Shown here: in pieces, positions 8,179-18,781 of the stretch | Position numbering within the stretch: position 1 is the first letter of the stretch | Layout: each line of letters starts with the position of its first letter | Assembly: GCA_902801845.1 (NCBI GenBank) | Contig: CADCJW010000001.1 | Span: 16,376 to 80,375, forward strand | Direction of reading: 5' to 3' | DNA: 64,000 nucleotides | Source of the DNA: an uncultured Eubacteriales bacterium | Lineage (GTDB): Bacteria > Bacillota > Clostridia > Christensenellales > CAG-138 | Made by a program: the position numbers and the translations under genes | Notes under the pieces: generated by a model | What the model saw: the letters and a program-made list of their open reading frames with translations, nothing else | What the model was told of the DNA's origin: nothing | Database searches by the model: none

Positions 8179-9504
8179 TCACAGAGCGCGGATGCAGGCG
8201 ACGGCGTTTTCCAGGTGCATGCCCCTGGACCCCTTGACCAAAATGGTGTCGCCGTCCCGCAGCAGGCGGGGGAGCGCTTCCAAAAGGGCGTCCTGGGTGA
8301 GAAACCCCTGGCCGCTCGCTTTTTGCACGGCCTGCTCGAAGAGTGGGCCCACGCCCAGGATGAGATCGATCCCCAGCCTGGACGCTTCCTTGGCGATGCG
8401 CTCGTGGAAGACGATCCCCTGATCGCCCAGTTCCAGCATATCTCCCAGGATGCAGACCTTGCGTCCCTGTGCCCTGGATAAAACCTGGAGCGAAGCCTCC
8501 ATGGAGGTGGGATTGGCGTTGTATACGTCGTTGAGCAGGGTGAATCGAGGTAACTTTTCCACGGCCATGCGGCCGGAAATAGGGGTAAATGAAGAGAGCC
8601 CCGCCTGGATCTTTTCCGGCGGTACCTTCATTGCCAGGCCCACGGCTATGGCGGAGAGAGCGTTCAGAATCATGTGATGGCCCGGGACCTGGAGTTGGAC
8701 GGGAAGCCGACCGCCATCCCAGCAGGCCGTGAAACTGGCTCCGAAGAGGTCATCCTCCCGGGCGTCCTCCGCACGAAGGTCACAGTCCTTGCTAAACCCA
8801 TAGGTGAAAGCGCCGGGGATAGTCCGCAGATATTCGTCGTCCCCGTTAGCGATGATCCTTCCGCCGGGACGCATATGGGCGAGCATCTCCGTTTTGCCCC
8901 GGAAGATGCCCTCCCGGGAGCCGAAAAATTCTATATGGGCTTCACCAATGTTGGTGAACAGGCAGATGGTGGGCTCGCTCATGGCGGACAAGGCGTCGAT
9001 CTCGCCGAAATGGTTGGTGCCCATCTCCACCACAGCGCACTCGTGCTCTGGCATAAGCCCAAAGAGGACCTGGGGCACACCGGTTTGATTGTTGAGGTTC
9101 CCGGTGGTGCTGTGGGTATTGTACGCGGTGGAGAGCACCGCGCTCACCATGCCGCGGGTGGTGGTCTTCCCGGCGCTGCCCGTGATGCCCACCAGGGGGA
9201 TTTGGAATTGGCAGCGATAGGCATGGGCCAAGGTCTGGAACGCCCGGACGCAATCCTTCACACGAATGTGGGGATAGGGGACGTCCACCTCAGAAAGGGT
9301 CAGCTTCGCGCCCTTTTCAAAGGCCTGGGGGATGAAACGGTGCCCGTCGAACACGTCGCCCCGCACCGGCACGTACAGGGCGCCGGTCGCCATGGTGCGG
9401 GTGTCGATGGACACACTTTCAAAACTTTCGCGAAGGAGAGTTTCCGGTCCAACGTATCGGCCGCCGCTAAGCTCGACAGCCCTTTGGATGGGGAAAGGGA
9501 TCAT
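8179..9504 (-). CDS. murF: UDP-N-acetylmuramoyl-tripeptide--D-alanyl-D-alanine ligase
   Basis: GITGSAGKTTT P-loop and Mur ligase domain order. It overlaps ddl by 4 nt. Confidence 0.9.
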   Translation of the reverse strand: MIPFPIQRAVELSGGRYVGPETLLRESFESVSIDTRTMATGALYVPVRGDVFDGHRFIPQAFEKGAKLTLSEVDVPYPHIRVKDCVRAFQTLAHAYRCQFQIPLVGITGSAGKTTTRGMVSAVLSTAYNTHSTTGNLNNQTGVPQVLFGLMPEHECAVVEMGTNHFGEIDALSAMSEPTICLFTNIGEAHIEFFGSREGIFRGKTEMLAHMRPGGRIIANGDDEYLRTIPGAFTYGFSKDCDLRAEDAREDDLFGASFTACWDGGRLPVQLQVPGHHMILNALSAIAVGLAMKVPPEKIQAGLSSFTPISGRMAVEKLPRFTLLNDVYNANPTSMEASLQVLSRAQGRKVCILGDMLELGDQGIVFHERIAKEASRLGIDLILGVGPLFEQAVQKASGQGFLTQDALLEALPRLLRDGDTILVKGSRGMHLENAVACIRAL

Positions 9505-10538
9505 CTGTATTTCTCCAGGGAGAGGGAGACGATCTTCTCACAAAGGGTGATATAGTCGAGTCCGATCACCGCCGCTTCCTGAGGGAGCAGGGAAGTGGGC
9601 GTCATGCCGGGAAGGGTGTTGGCTTCCAGGCAGTAAGCCTTTTCATCCTCAGTCAACAAGAAGTCCATCCGGGCGTAAACAGAAAGCTTCAGCGCACGGA
9701 AGACCCGCTCCGCCAGTCGTTGCACCTTTTCTGTGGCGCTGGGGCTGATGGGCGCGGGGGTAACCTCCAAAGCGGCGCCGGCCTGATATTTGTTTTTATA
9801 GTCGTAGAAGCCTTCCTTGGGGATGATCTCGATGACGGGGAGGGCTTTGCCGTCCACCACGCCGCAGGAGAGCTCCCTTCCTTGGATGAACTCCTCCACC
9901 AGGATGGTGTCCTCCTGCTCAAAGGCGATCTCAATAGCCCGTTTCAGTTCTTCCATTGTCCGGGCGATGGAGATGCCGATGGAAGAGCCGCCGCTGTTGG
10001 GCTTTGCCACGGCGGGCAGGGGCAGATCGTCCAAGGAGAATATCTCGCCCCGCTTCAACAGCCGGAACCTGGGGGTCAAAATGCCCTCCTGCACGAAGAT
10101 TTCCTTGGCAGAATGCTTATCCATGCTGAGACGGCAGCCCTCAGGGCCGCTACCGGTGTAGCGGATGTTGTGCTCATCGAAGACCTTTTGGACCGAACCG
10201 TTTTCTCCGTCTGCGCCGTGGAGAGCCATGTAGACGATGTCCGCTGCCTGGCAGATCTCGATGACGTTGAGGCCGATGCGATCGGACCAGCCCATGGGCC
10301 GGGAGGCGGCGATGGCAGCGAGATCCGGCTCCGTCTCCGAGATGGGAGCAGGGGGGAGAGGCTTTGCGTTTTCGAACAGCTCATCGATGCTTCCCTTGAG
10401 CCCCGGCATACCGAAGAACAGGTCCAGCAAAATGGCCTGGTGGCCGGCCTTCAAAAAGGCGTTGGTGGCCATGGTCCCGCTGGACAAAGACACGGTCCGC
10501 TCCGGAGACAGACCTCCGGCCAAAACGACGATTTTCAT
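9501..10538 (-). CDS. ddl: D-alanine--D-alanine ligase
   Basis: MKIVVLAGGLSPERTVSLSSG, ATP-grasp core, EANTLPGMTPTSLLP. Confidence 0.9.
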   Translation of the reverse strand: MKIVVLAGGLSPERTVSLSSGTMATNAFLKAGHQAILLDLFFGMPGLKGSIDELFENAKPLPPAPISETEPDLAAIAASRPMGWSDRIGLNVIEICQAADIVYMALHGADGENGSVQKVFDEHNIRYTGSGPEGCRLSMDKHSAKEIFVQEGILTPRFRLLKRGEIFSLDDLPLPAVAKPNSGGSSIGISIARTMEELKRAIEIAFEQEDTILVEEFIQGRELSCGVVDGKALPVIEIIPKEGFYDYKNKYQAGAALEVTPAPISPSATEKVQRLAERVFRALKLSVYARMDFLLTEDEKAYCLEANTLPGMTPTSLLPQEAAVIGLDYITLCEKIVSLSLEKYR

Positions 10539-10648
10539 ATGGTTGCTCCCTGAAATTTTTTCTTTGGTATATCATATTTCCGATAAAAAGACAAATGAAC
10601 TTTTTTTATCCAAACAGAAACGGCTGTCCAAACGCATATACATGCCGT

Positions 10649-12334
10649 ATGAAGCGTTGTATCTGCCTGGTCCTATCCCTTTTGCTGCTTTTTTCCGGCT
10701 GCCTCCCTGGGCGGGAGGTGGCCCACGTGTATCTGCGGGATCGCGGGAGCACCGTTTACCACGGACATACGCCATTTTCCAGCATGGTCCTTGTTTATCC
10801 CGATCCCCAGGATCTTCTTGACCGTTCCCAAAAGCTCCTGGAAAAGGCGGCTTCCTCCGAGGACCCCCCTGAGTTGGAAAAAGAGTTTGCTGATTTGGCA
10901 CGAAAGTATGGAGAGTTGGTCAGCGCTGCGTCATTGGCCTATGTGCGTCACTGTCAGGACGTGACGGACCGGGACCGGGCCATGGAATATGGGACGTTGA
11001 ACGGTTCGCTGTATCCCATTCAAACGGCGTTGCTGAAGACGGAGAAGCTTTTGATGGACCGATTCGGCTTTCACCGGGATCGAGGGGCGGCCTACGCCGA
11101 GATGCTGGACAGAGTCGCCGGGCAGGATGCGCCTCTCCTTCAGTCGTTACGCCGGCAGGAGGATGATTTGTGTCGCCAATACGAGCAGCTGGATGCCACC
11201 TATCGACTGGACTTTCAGGGCCGGACCTGGTCCATGGAGGAGCTGATGGCGGATGAGACCCTCTCCATGTCTTCTTTTCTCGAGGCTCTGGAAGCCTTCG
11301 CCCGGGGCCGCAATCAGGCGGCGGGGAGCCTGTTCCTTCAGCTCATGGCCATACGCAACCAGATGGCGAAGGCCATGGGCTATGCCTCCTATGCCGACAG
11401 CCAGTATGCTTCCTACGGGCGGGACCGTGCGCCGGCCGATTCTTTGGCAGCCGCCCAAATCATAAAACAGGTCTTCGTGCCCCTGTATGCCCGATTGCGA
11501 GAACGGTGCGAGAACGAAATGAAATATCTCGGCGGAGCCAGCTTCTCTGAGGACAGCTTTCTCGCCGCCATGGAAGCGGCGGCGGAGAAGGTCGTCCATG
11601 GCGGCAAAGAAACGTGGCGGTATATGCTTGCCTATGGCCTATACGACAGCGCCCCCTCGAAAAAGAAGCTGCGCGGCAGCTTCACCACCTACTTTTCCGC
11701 CTATGGATGTCCCTTCATCCTGACCCAATGGCAGGGGGATGCTTCCTCCGTTTTCACCGTGATCCATGAGTTCGGCCATTTTCTCAGCTATTATCTCAAT
11801 CCTGAGGGCACCTATTATGGGGTTACGGATTTGGACCTTGCTGAGCTGGACGCCCAGGGATTCGAGCTCTTTATGACGGAGGAATATGACGCCATCTTCG
11901 GCCGATATGCTACCGCCGCCCGCCTTTGTTTTTTCATGAACGCCCTGTACGCCATCCTCTCCGGGTTCATGGAGGACGAGTTTCAGCAGAGCGCGTACGC
12001 CATGGAAACGCCTACGGTGGAAAAACTGAATCAACTGTACGGCAGATTATCCAAGGAATATGGATTCGACAAGCTGTTTGGGTACGAGGGCATGGAATGG
12101 ACCGACATCTCGCACACCTTCCGGTTTCCATTTTATTACGTGAGCTACGGGATCAGCATGTTGGGGGCCATGTCCATGGCGCGGCAGGGGAGGCGGATCT
12201 ATCGACGACTGCTGCGCCGATCGGGAACGGAACCCTTTGCTAAGATCATAGGGGTGGATGTGCTGTCGGAGGAGTCCATCCGAAACTTGGCCATCTGGGT
12301 GGAGAACAAGGTCGATACATGGCTGCAGGCGTGA
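10649..12334 (+). CDS. M3-like oligoendopeptidase, predicted lipoprotein
   Basis: HEFGH zinc motif. Start moved to MKRCICLVLSLLLLFSGC (lipobox LFSGC). No clear RBS, so the start is uncertain; the alternative is 10595. Confidence 0.7.
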   Translation: MKRCICLVLSLLLLFSGCLPGREVAHVYLRDRGSTVYHGHTPFSSMVLVYPDPQDLLDRSQKLLEKAASSEDPPELEKEFADLARKYGELVSAASLAYVRHCQDVTDRDRAMEYGTLNGSLYPIQTALLKTEKLLMDRFGFHRDRGAAYAEMLDRVAGQDAPLLQSLRRQEDDLCRQYEQLDATYRLDFQGRTWSMEELMADETLSMSSFLEALEAFARGRNQAAGSLFLQLMAIRNQMAKAMGYASYADSQYASYGRDRAPADSLAAAQIIKQVFVPLYARLRERCENEMKYLGGASFSEDSFLAAMEAAAEKVVHGGKETWRYMLAYGLYDSAPSKKKLRGSFTTYFSAYGCPFILTQWQGDASSVFTVIHEFGHFLSYYLNPEGTYYGVTDLDLAELDAQGFELFMTEEYDAIFGRYATAARLCFFMNALYAILSGFMEDEFQQSAYAMETPTVEKLNQLYGRLSKEYGFDKLFGYEGMEWTDISHTFRFPFYYVSYGISMLGAMSMARQGRRIYRRLLRRSGTEPFAKIIGVDVLSEESIRNLAIWVENKVDTWLQA

Positions 12335-12353
12335 GCCGGAAAGGGAGGGAAGG

Positions 12354-13637
12354 ATGATGGTCCTACAGTATGGAAACGAATCGTATCAGGTCCGGCTGCT
12401 GCAGTACGGCCTCAAGCGCGCCGGGATAGAGCCGGGGAATATCGACGGCATATTCGGGCGGCGGACCTTGCGGGCGGTGCAGCAGTTTCAACGGGCGATG
12501 GGATTAGCCGCGGATGGGATCGCGGGGAAGCTCACCTGGGGCGCCTTGTATCCCTATATCGTAGGCTATACCCTGCATCGGATCGCGGCGGGCGATACCT
12601 TCTATGCTCTTGCCCAAAGGTTCGATACCAGCATCGAAGCCATTCGCATCGCGAACCCGACCCTGACGGCGGAAGCGCTGCCCATTGGCGCCGTCGTGAC
12701 CGTGCCCCTTAAAATGCCTGTAATCACCTGGGAATTGCCAGCATCCTCCCTGTTGGTCGGGATGCTGGTGAAGGGTTTGGCCATGCGATATCCCTTCCTG
12801 CAATCCTATGAGATCGGGCGTAGCGGCATGGGCCGCCGCATCCAGGCTGTTTCGTTGGGCAACGGGGAAAAACGGATCGGATACAACGCCTCTCACCATG
12901 CCAACGAATGGATCACGACCCTGGTTTTGCTGCGGTTCCTTGAGGAGTATGCGTCTGCCGTGGCGAGAGGGGGGACCGTTTGGGGCGTGTCGGCGAAGGA
13001 GCTTTTCTCCGGGACCACGCTCCATATGGTGCCCCTGGTGAACCCGGACGGAGTGGACCTGGTCACGGGCGCCCTCGATCCGGACGACAGCTATTACGCC
13101 CAGGCCAAGGCACTTTCAAGCTTCTATCCCGAGATACCCTTTCCCGACGGCTGGAAAAGCAATATCGCCGGGGTCGATCTGAACCTGCAGTATCCGGCCG
13201 AGTGGCAGACCGCCCGTGGGATCAAGTTCAGCCAGGGGTTCACCCGTCCCGGCCCTCGGGATTATGTGGGGGATGCCCCCTTGATTGCGCCGGAAAGCCG
13301 GGCCATGGCCAAATGGACGCGGGAGCGGGATTTCTCTTTGACCATATCCTATCATACCCAGGGGAAGATCATCTATTGGCAGTATGGGGATATCGTCGTT
13401 CCCGGCGCGCAACAGATCGGGACTGCGTTCAGCAAAGGCAGCGGCTATCTGATGGAGGACGTTCCCTATGCAAGCAGCTTCGCGGGATATAAGGACTGGT
13501 TCATCCAGACCTGGCGCCGTCCCGGCTTCACCATCGAAGCGGGGATCGGGAAAAACCCGCTGCCCCTATCCCAGTTCGACGAGATATACCGGCATAATCT
13601 GCCCATCCTGGTCCAGGGGCTCACATTATCCCCATAA
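12354..13637 (+). CDS. M14 family gamma-D-glutamyl-meso-diaminopimelate peptidase-like enzyme with PG-binding and LysM domains
   Basis: PG_binding_1-like LLQYGLKRAG..GIFG, LysM HRIAAGDTFYALAQRFDTSIEAIRIANP, and the M14 motif SHHANEW. GGGAGGGAAGG RBS before the ATG at 12354. Confidence 0.8.
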   Translation: MMVLQYGNESYQVRLLQYGLKRAGIEPGNIDGIFGRRTLRAVQQFQRAMGLAADGIAGKLTWGALYPYIVGYTLHRIAAGDTFYALAQRFDTSIEAIRIANPTLTAEALPIGAVVTVPLKMPVITWELPASSLLVGMLVKGLAMRYPFLQSYEIGRSGMGRRIQAVSLGNGEKRIGYNASHHANEWITTLVLLRFLEEYASAVARGGTVWGVSAKELFSGTTLHMVPLVNPDGVDLVTGALDPDDSYYAQAKALSSFYPEIPFPDGWKSNIAGVDLNLQYPAEWQTARGIKFSQGFTRPGPRDYVGDAPLIAPESRAMAKWTRERDFSLTISYHTQGKIIYWQYGDIVVPGAQQIGTAFSKGSGYLMEDVPYASSFAGYKDWFIQTWRRPGFTIEAGIGKNPLPLSQFDEIYRHNLPILVQGLTLSP

Positions 13638-13679
13638 AGCCGTTGCAAAGTACTATGTCCGCGTGATATATTACTGTCC

Positions 13680-15278
13680 ATGGAAAGGTCTAAAAAAACA
13701 ACCTTCGTGGCCGGGGCGGCCATTCTGGCCTTTGCGGGGGTGCTCTGCAAGATCATCGGGGTGCTCATCCGCATCTGGGCCTATAACATCATCGGGGAAG
13801 CGGGCATGGTCTATTATGAGGTCGTGTTCCCGTTCTATTCCTGGCTGCTGATCATCTCCTCCTCCGGCATCCCTACGGCCATCTCCCGCATGGTCTCGGA
13901 ACGGTTCAGCATGGGCGATCACGCCGGCGCGAGACGGGTTTTCCGCCGTGCCTTGCTGCTGCTGGCTATCGTCGGCGCCCTGACCACCGCCGTGCTCTAT
14001 TTCGGCGCAGGGTTCTTCACCGATACCGTCTTAGGAAAGGACGAAACCTATATCCTTTCCTTCACCACGCTGGCGCCGGCGCTGTTCTTCGTCTCCTGCA
14101 TGTGCGCCTATCGGGGGTATTTGCAGGGGGCTCAGCACATGACCGGGACCGGCCTCTCCCAGCTGACGGAGCAGGTAGTAAAATGCATTGTGGGCCTGAC
14201 CCTGGCCGCAAAATGGATCTCCCGTGGCCCGGAATATGGGGCGGCGGGACTGCTGTTGGGCATCACCATTTCGGAGCTGGTGGCCCTTCTGGTGGTCATG
14301 GGCTTTCGCTGGAAAAATCGACGATTGTACATGCCCCCGGGCGTCAGCCTCACTCCGGCCAGCGATCGGCCGGTGGTGCCGGAGCTTCTGCGCATCGCTA
14401 TCCCCATCACCCTGGGCGCTTCCATCATCCCCATCACCAGCATGCTGGATGTGAAGATGATCTTCTCCTGCATGGGCCGATATATGTCTGAAGCTGCCGT
14501 AAACCAGCGGTATGTGGCCTTGTCCACCAACGTGCGCTCCCTGATCAATCTGCCGGCATCCCTGACCACGGCCCTTGCCATGTCCATCGTGCCCGCCATA
14601 TCCGGCGCCAGGGCCAGGCGGGACGTTGCCGGCATGCACCATTTCGCCGGCTTGGGACTCAAGCTCTCCATGGCCATCGGCATGCCCTGTGCGGCGGGCC
14701 TCTTCGTCTTGGGCGGGCCCATCATCCGGATGCTGTTTCGCACCATTCAGCCGGATTCCTTGGCTATCGCCACGGCCATCATGCGAGTCGCTTCTTTGAC
14801 CGTTATCTTCATTTCCCTGGTCCAGACCATGACCGGGGCCCTGCAGGGCATGGGTCGCCAGAGCTGGCCGGTATGGAGCCTTCTGGCAGGCGGCGCGCTG
14901 AAGGTGGCTTCCAACTACGTCTTTCTCTCCATGCCTGCCGTCAACATTCTGGGCGCTTCCATCTCCAACGTGGTCTGCTACGGGGTGGCCGGCATCATCG
15001 ATACCATCCTTGTCTTGAAGGTGACCGGGCTGAGGGTCCGCATCTGGGATATGTTTTTGAAACCGCTGGTCTGTTCATTGACCATGGGCGCGGCGGTGTA
15101 TCTCGCTTACCGGGGGCTCAGCGCTCTCCATCCGGGGTCCTTGGCTACCATTGCTTCCGTCCTTGTGGGGGTGGGAGCGTATCTGCTCATGGCCATAAAG
15201 ACCCGGTTATTCACCTCGGAGGAGCTGGACAGCATCCCCGGCGGCGGAAAACTCAAACGCTTTTTGAAAAAGGACTGA
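13680..15278 (+). CDS. MOP-superfamily flippase (MurJ/SpoVB/YabM-like)
   Basis: About 14 TM segments and the N-terminal motif KIIGVLIRIWAYNIIGEAG..SSGIPTAISRMVSE. Synteny with yabN/mazG. Confidence 0.8.
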   Translation: MERSKKTTFVAGAAILAFAGVLCKIIGVLIRIWAYNIIGEAGMVYYEVVFPFYSWLLIISSSGIPTAISRMVSERFSMGDHAGARRVFRRALLLLAIVGALTTAVLYFGAGFFTDTVLGKDETYILSFTTLAPALFFVSCMCAYRGYLQGAQHMTGTGLSQLTEQVVKCIVGLTLAAKWISRGPEYGAAGLLLGITISELVALLVVMGFRWKNRRLYMPPGVSLTPASDRPVVPELLRIAIPITLGASIIPITSMLDVKMIFSCMGRYMSEAAVNQRYVALSTNVRSLINLPASLTTALAMSIVPAISGARARRDVAGMHHFAGLGLKLSMAIGMPCAAGLFVLGGPIIRMLFRTIQPDSLAIATAIMRVASLTVIFISLVQTMTGALQGMGRQSWPVWSLLAGGALKVASNYVFLSMPAVNILGASISNVVCYGVAGIIDTILVLKVTGLRVRIWDMFLKPLVCSLTMGAAVYLAYRGLSALHPGSLATIASVLVGVGAYLLMAIKTRLFTSEELDSIPGGGKLKRFLKKD

Positions 15279-15282
15279 ATCT

Positions 15283-16704
15283 ATGAAAAAAACTTTGACC
15301 ATCGCGCCCCTCAGTACGCCGGACACGTTGACCATGTCCGTGTGGAAGGCTTTGGAAAAAGCGCCTGTTTTGTATCTGCAAACGCGGGAACACCCCTCCG
15401 CACGGCCGGTGCTGGAGGCGGGGCTTCCCTTCACGTCCATGGACGATCTCTATGCCCTGTCCGCGGACTATGAGGAATTGAACCGCGGCATCGCCGATCG
15501 GCTCACCTCGGGCGGGTCCGCCGTATATGCTGTCATGGGCGGCGGCTGCTTCTCTCAGCTGCCCTGTATCCGCGCGGCTTGCGAAGAGAAGGGGTTCGAG
15601 CTGGTCGTTCTGCCCGGCCTGCCCTATTATAAGGCGGCTTTTCCCGAGGCGGGCGTGGGGCAGGTGTACACCGCCAACGAGTTGCCTGCCGTTTTCGACA
15701 CGGCAAGCCCGGTGTATATCACCGAACTGGACAACCCGCTTTTGGCGGGAGAGGTGAAGCTGAAGCTCCAGCGGTTCTATCCCGACGACTATCCCGTGGA
15801 GCTGGCTGTCCAGCAGCCCGCCGGCGACTATACGCGGCGAACGGTCCCTCTCTATGACCTGGATCGGGAAAAGGGGTTCTTCGCCTCCACGGTGCTCTTC
15901 GTGCCGGCGCTGCCCTTTGAAAAGAAGCAGACCTATGGATATGAGGATCTGCTGACGGTGCTTCGCCGCCTTAGGGCCCCCGACGGCTGCCCCTGGGATC
16001 GGGAGCAGACCCACGCGAGCCTGAAGAAGGATATGCGGGAGGAATGCTACGAGCTCATGGATGCCATCGACGAGGACGACGACGAGCACATGGTGGAGGA
16101 ATGCGGTGACCTTTTGATGAACGTGCTCTTTCATCCCATCATCGGGGAGGAGCAGGGTCGGTACGACGATCGGGACGTGACCACCGAGATCGTGAAGAAG
16201 CTGATCTATCGCCATCCCCATGTCTTCGGCAATGTCCATGTCAACTCCAGCGCCGAAGTGTTGAAAAACTGGGACGCCTTGAAACAGAAGGAGAAGGGGC
16301 AGCAGACCGTGACCGCCACCCTGCGCAGCGTGCCCAGAAGCTTCCCGGCCATGCTTCGCTGCGAAAAGGTACAGAAGAAGGCGCGGAAGGTGGGGTTCGA
16401 CTTTCATGCGGCATCGGACGCCTTCTATAAGATCGAGGAGGAGACCGGCGAGCTCAAAACGGCCATGGAAACCGGCGTCGACATCGAAAAGGAGATGGGA
16501 GATCTCTTCTTCGCGGCTATGAACGTATGCCGTTTGCTGGGTCTTGATGGGGAGGAGACGCTGCATAAGGCTACGGACAAGTTTATCCGCCGATTCGAGC
16601 AGATGGAAAAAAACATAGACGCGGCGGGAAAAAAACTGGATGGAATGACCCTGGCGGAGATGGACGAGTATTGGGAAAAGGCAAAAGTAACGGAATTCCT
16701 ATAA
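15283..16704 (+). CDS. mazG: YabN-type fusion: tetrapyrrole-methylase-like domain plus MazG nucleoside triphosphate pyrophosphohydrolase
   Basis: C-terminal CPWDREQTH and EECYELMDAI, followed by a second MazG repeat. The N-terminal domain of about 220 aa is TP-methylase-like. Confidence 0.85.
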   Translation: MKKTLTIAPLSTPDTLTMSVWKALEKAPVLYLQTREHPSARPVLEAGLPFTSMDDLYALSADYEELNRGIADRLTSGGSAVYAVMGGGCFSQLPCIRAACEEKGFELVVLPGLPYYKAAFPEAGVGQVYTANELPAVFDTASPVYITELDNPLLAGEVKLKLQRFYPDDYPVELAVQQPAGDYTRRTVPLYDLDREKGFFASTVLFVPALPFEKKQTYGYEDLLTVLRRLRAPDGCPWDREQTHASLKKDMREECYELMDAIDEDDDEHMVEECGDLLMNVLFHPIIGEEQGRYDDRDVTTEIVKKLIYRHPHVFGNVHVNSSAEVLKNWDALKQKEKGQQTVTATLRSVPRSFPAMLRCEKVQKKARKVGFDFHAASDAFYKIEEETGELKTAMETGVDIEKEMGDLFFAAMNVCRLLGLDGEETLHKATDKFIRRFEQMEKNIDAAGKKLDGMTLAEMDEYWEKAKVTEFL

Positions 16705-16722
16705 TTTTTATCAAATTAGGGC

Positions 16723-16751
16723 TTGATTTTACCTGCCATCGCTGTTAAAAT
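16723..16751 (+). promoter_or_regulatory. sigma-A-type promoter for hup
   Basis: TTGATT, 17 nt, TAAAAT. Confidence 0.55.
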
Positions 16752-16787
16752 AGGACCCGTTCGAAAAAATGAATGGGAGGAAATTTC

Positions 16788-17060
16788 ATGAACAAGGCTG
16801 AACTTATCGCTGTCGTAGCAGAAAAAACCGCCGTTTCCCGCAAGGACGTGGACAAGGTCGTCAACGGTGTTCTCGATACCATTATGGAAACTTTGAAGAA
16901 TGGTGAGAAGGTCTCTTTGGTCGGCTTCGGCGCCTTCGAGGCGAAGGATCGTCCCGCGCGCAAGGGCCATAACCCCATGACCGGTGAAGTGATCAGCATC
17001 AATGCTTCCAAGGCCCCCTCTTTCAAGGCCGGCAAGTCCCTCAAGGAGATCCTGAACTAA
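16788..17060 (+). CDS. hup: DNA-binding protein HU
   Basis: MNKAELIAVVAEKT...GFGAFE...RKGHNPMTGE. GGGAGG RBS. Start moved to 16788. Confidence 0.92.
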   Translation: MNKAELIAVVAEKTAVSRKDVDKVVNGVLDTIMETLKNGEKVSLVGFGAFEAKDRPARKGHNPMTGEVISINASKAPSFKAGKSLKEILN

Positions 17061-17081
17061 AGCGGATACAGCTGCATCTTT

Positions 17082-17119
17082 GACCCCGTTGCCATGAAGG
17101 CGATGGGGTCTTGTTTGTT
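17082..17119 (+). terminator. intrinsic terminator after hup
   Basis: GACCCCGTTGCC-ATGAA-GGCGATGGGGTC (two G-U pairs) followed by TTGTTTGTT. Confidence 0.7.
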
Positions 17120-17214
17120 CGAAAAGAATTTGGGGAGGGTGTCTGTTTCACCCTTTTCTTATTCCCCGGGATATGGTATACTTGCTCCGAAAACGATCCA
17201 ATGGGGAAAGAGCA

Positions 17215-17874
17215 ATGAGCATCAGCATTTTCGACATCATCGGCCCGCGCATGATCGGCCCTTCCAGCTCCCATACGGCGGGCGCGGTCCGCATCGGCCA
17301 GGTGGCCAACCGTTTGGTCAACGGGCGGGTCCAGGCCGCCCGGGTGACCCTGTACGGCTCCTTCGCGGAGACGGGGCGGGGCCATGGCACGGATACCGCC
17401 ATCGTGGCGGGCATATTGGGGGTGAATCCCGATCAGGGCACCATCCGATATGCCAAGCTCCTTGCCAAGGAGGCGGACGTGGATATCCCGGTCCTGTTCA
17501 GCGACGAGGAGCCGGAGCATCCAAACACCGCCCGGGTCTACGTGCGGGGGGAGGATGGGAAGGAGTATACCTACATCGGCACCTCCATCGGAGGCGGCCG
17601 GATCCGCGTGACCTCCATCAACGGCATGGAGGTGAGTTTTTCAGGGGAATATCCCACCCTCATCGCCTTTCATCAGGACGCGCCGGGCATCATCTCCAAG
17701 GTGACGTCCATCCTGGCCCTGGAAAAGATCAACGTGGCCTTCATGAAGGTCTTCCGCTCCGAACGGAGGCAGGGGGCCTGCATGGTCATCGAGACGGACA
17801 CGCCTGTGGATGAGGCCACCCGCAGACGGATCGTGAACAATGTGGACGGGATCACGGAGGCTTGCACCTTATGA
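17215..17874 (+). CDS. sdaAB: L-serine dehydratase, iron-sulfur-dependent, beta subunit
   Basis: SIFDIIGPRMIGPSSSHTAGA and a C-terminal ACT-like domain. Start moved to MSISIF. Confidence 0.88.
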   Translation: MSISIFDIIGPRMIGPSSSHTAGAVRIGQVANRLVNGRVQAARVTLYGSFAETGRGHGTDTAIVAGILGVNPDQGTIRYAKLLAKEADVDIPVLFSDEEPEHPNTARVYVRGEDGKEYTYIGTSIGGGRIRVTSINGMEVSFSGEYPTLIAFHQDAPGIISKVTSILALEKINVAFMKVFRSERRQGACMVIETDTPVDEATRRRIVNNVDGITEACTL

Positions 17875-18752
17875 CGGGATATACTTTTTCAAATGGGGCT
17901 GAGCTATTGGCCATCTGTCGCGAGGAGATGATCCCCATCAGTGAGGTGGCCGTCCGGGCGGAGTTAGAGCGGGAGGAGATGGACCGCGAGGGGATCCTGC
18001 ACGAGATGCAGGTGAATCTGGAGGTCATGCGGGAAAGCATCCGCGAGGGGCTGGAGGAGCAGCAGGTATCCATCACCGGCCTCATGGGCGAGGACGCCGA
18101 CAAGCTTATGGCCTTTTCCGATAACACGGTCATGGGCCGGGAGATGGCCAGCATCGTGGCTTCCGCCATGGCGGTGACGGAGGTGAACGCCTCCATGGGT
18201 CGGATCGTGGCCGCCCCCACCGCTGGGGCCAGCGGCATCTTGCCTGCCGTCCTCATCCGGTATGGGGATGCCCACGATTTGAGTGAAGAAGATCTCATCG
18301 CTGGTTTGTGCAACGCCGGCGCCATCGGCATGATCATCGCCCGGAACGCCAGCATCGCCGGGGCCTCCGGCGGCTGTCAGGCGGAGACGGGCTCCGCGGC
18401 GGCCATGGCGGCCAGCGCCCTTACCGAGCTAAGGGGCGGCACCCCCGAAATGTGCCTTCACGCGGCGGCTATCGCGCTGAAAAACGTGATGGGGCTCGTG
18501 TGCGACCCGGTGGCTGGGCTGGTGGAATGTCCCTGCATCAAGCGCAACGCCATCGGCGCGGCCAACGCCGTGCTCTGCAGTGACATGGCCATGGCGGGGA
18601 TCGAGAGCATCATCCCCTTCGACGAGGTGGTGATCGCCATGCGCAACGTGGGCCGGATGATGCATCCCGACCTTCGGGAGACCGCTCGAGGCGGCATCGC
18701 CGCCACGCCTACCGCCCAGAGGATCGCGGAAAAGATCCGTCACTTTGAATGA
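17871..18752 (+). CDS. sdaAA: L-serine dehydratase, iron-sulfur-dependent, alpha subunit
   Basis: TAGASGILPA, GGCQAETGSAAAMAA, CDPVAGLVECPCIKRN. ATGA start/stop overlap with sdaAB. Confidence 0.88.
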   Translation: MTGYTFSNGAELLAICREEMIPISEVAVRAELEREEMDREGILHEMQVNLEVMRESIREGLEEQQVSITGLMGEDADKLMAFSDNTVMGREMASIVASAMAVTEVNASMGRIVAAPTAGASGILPAVLIRYGDAHDLSEEDLIAGLCNAGAIGMIIARNASIAGASGGCQAETGSAAAMAASALTELRGGTPEMCLHAAAIALKNVMGLVCDPVAGLVECPCIKRNAIGAANAVLCSDMAMAGIESIIPFDEVVIAMRNVGRMMHPDLRETARGGIAATPTAQRIAEKIRHFE

Positions 18753-18781
18753 TACTGAAGCGAACGCAAGGAGGATAACCC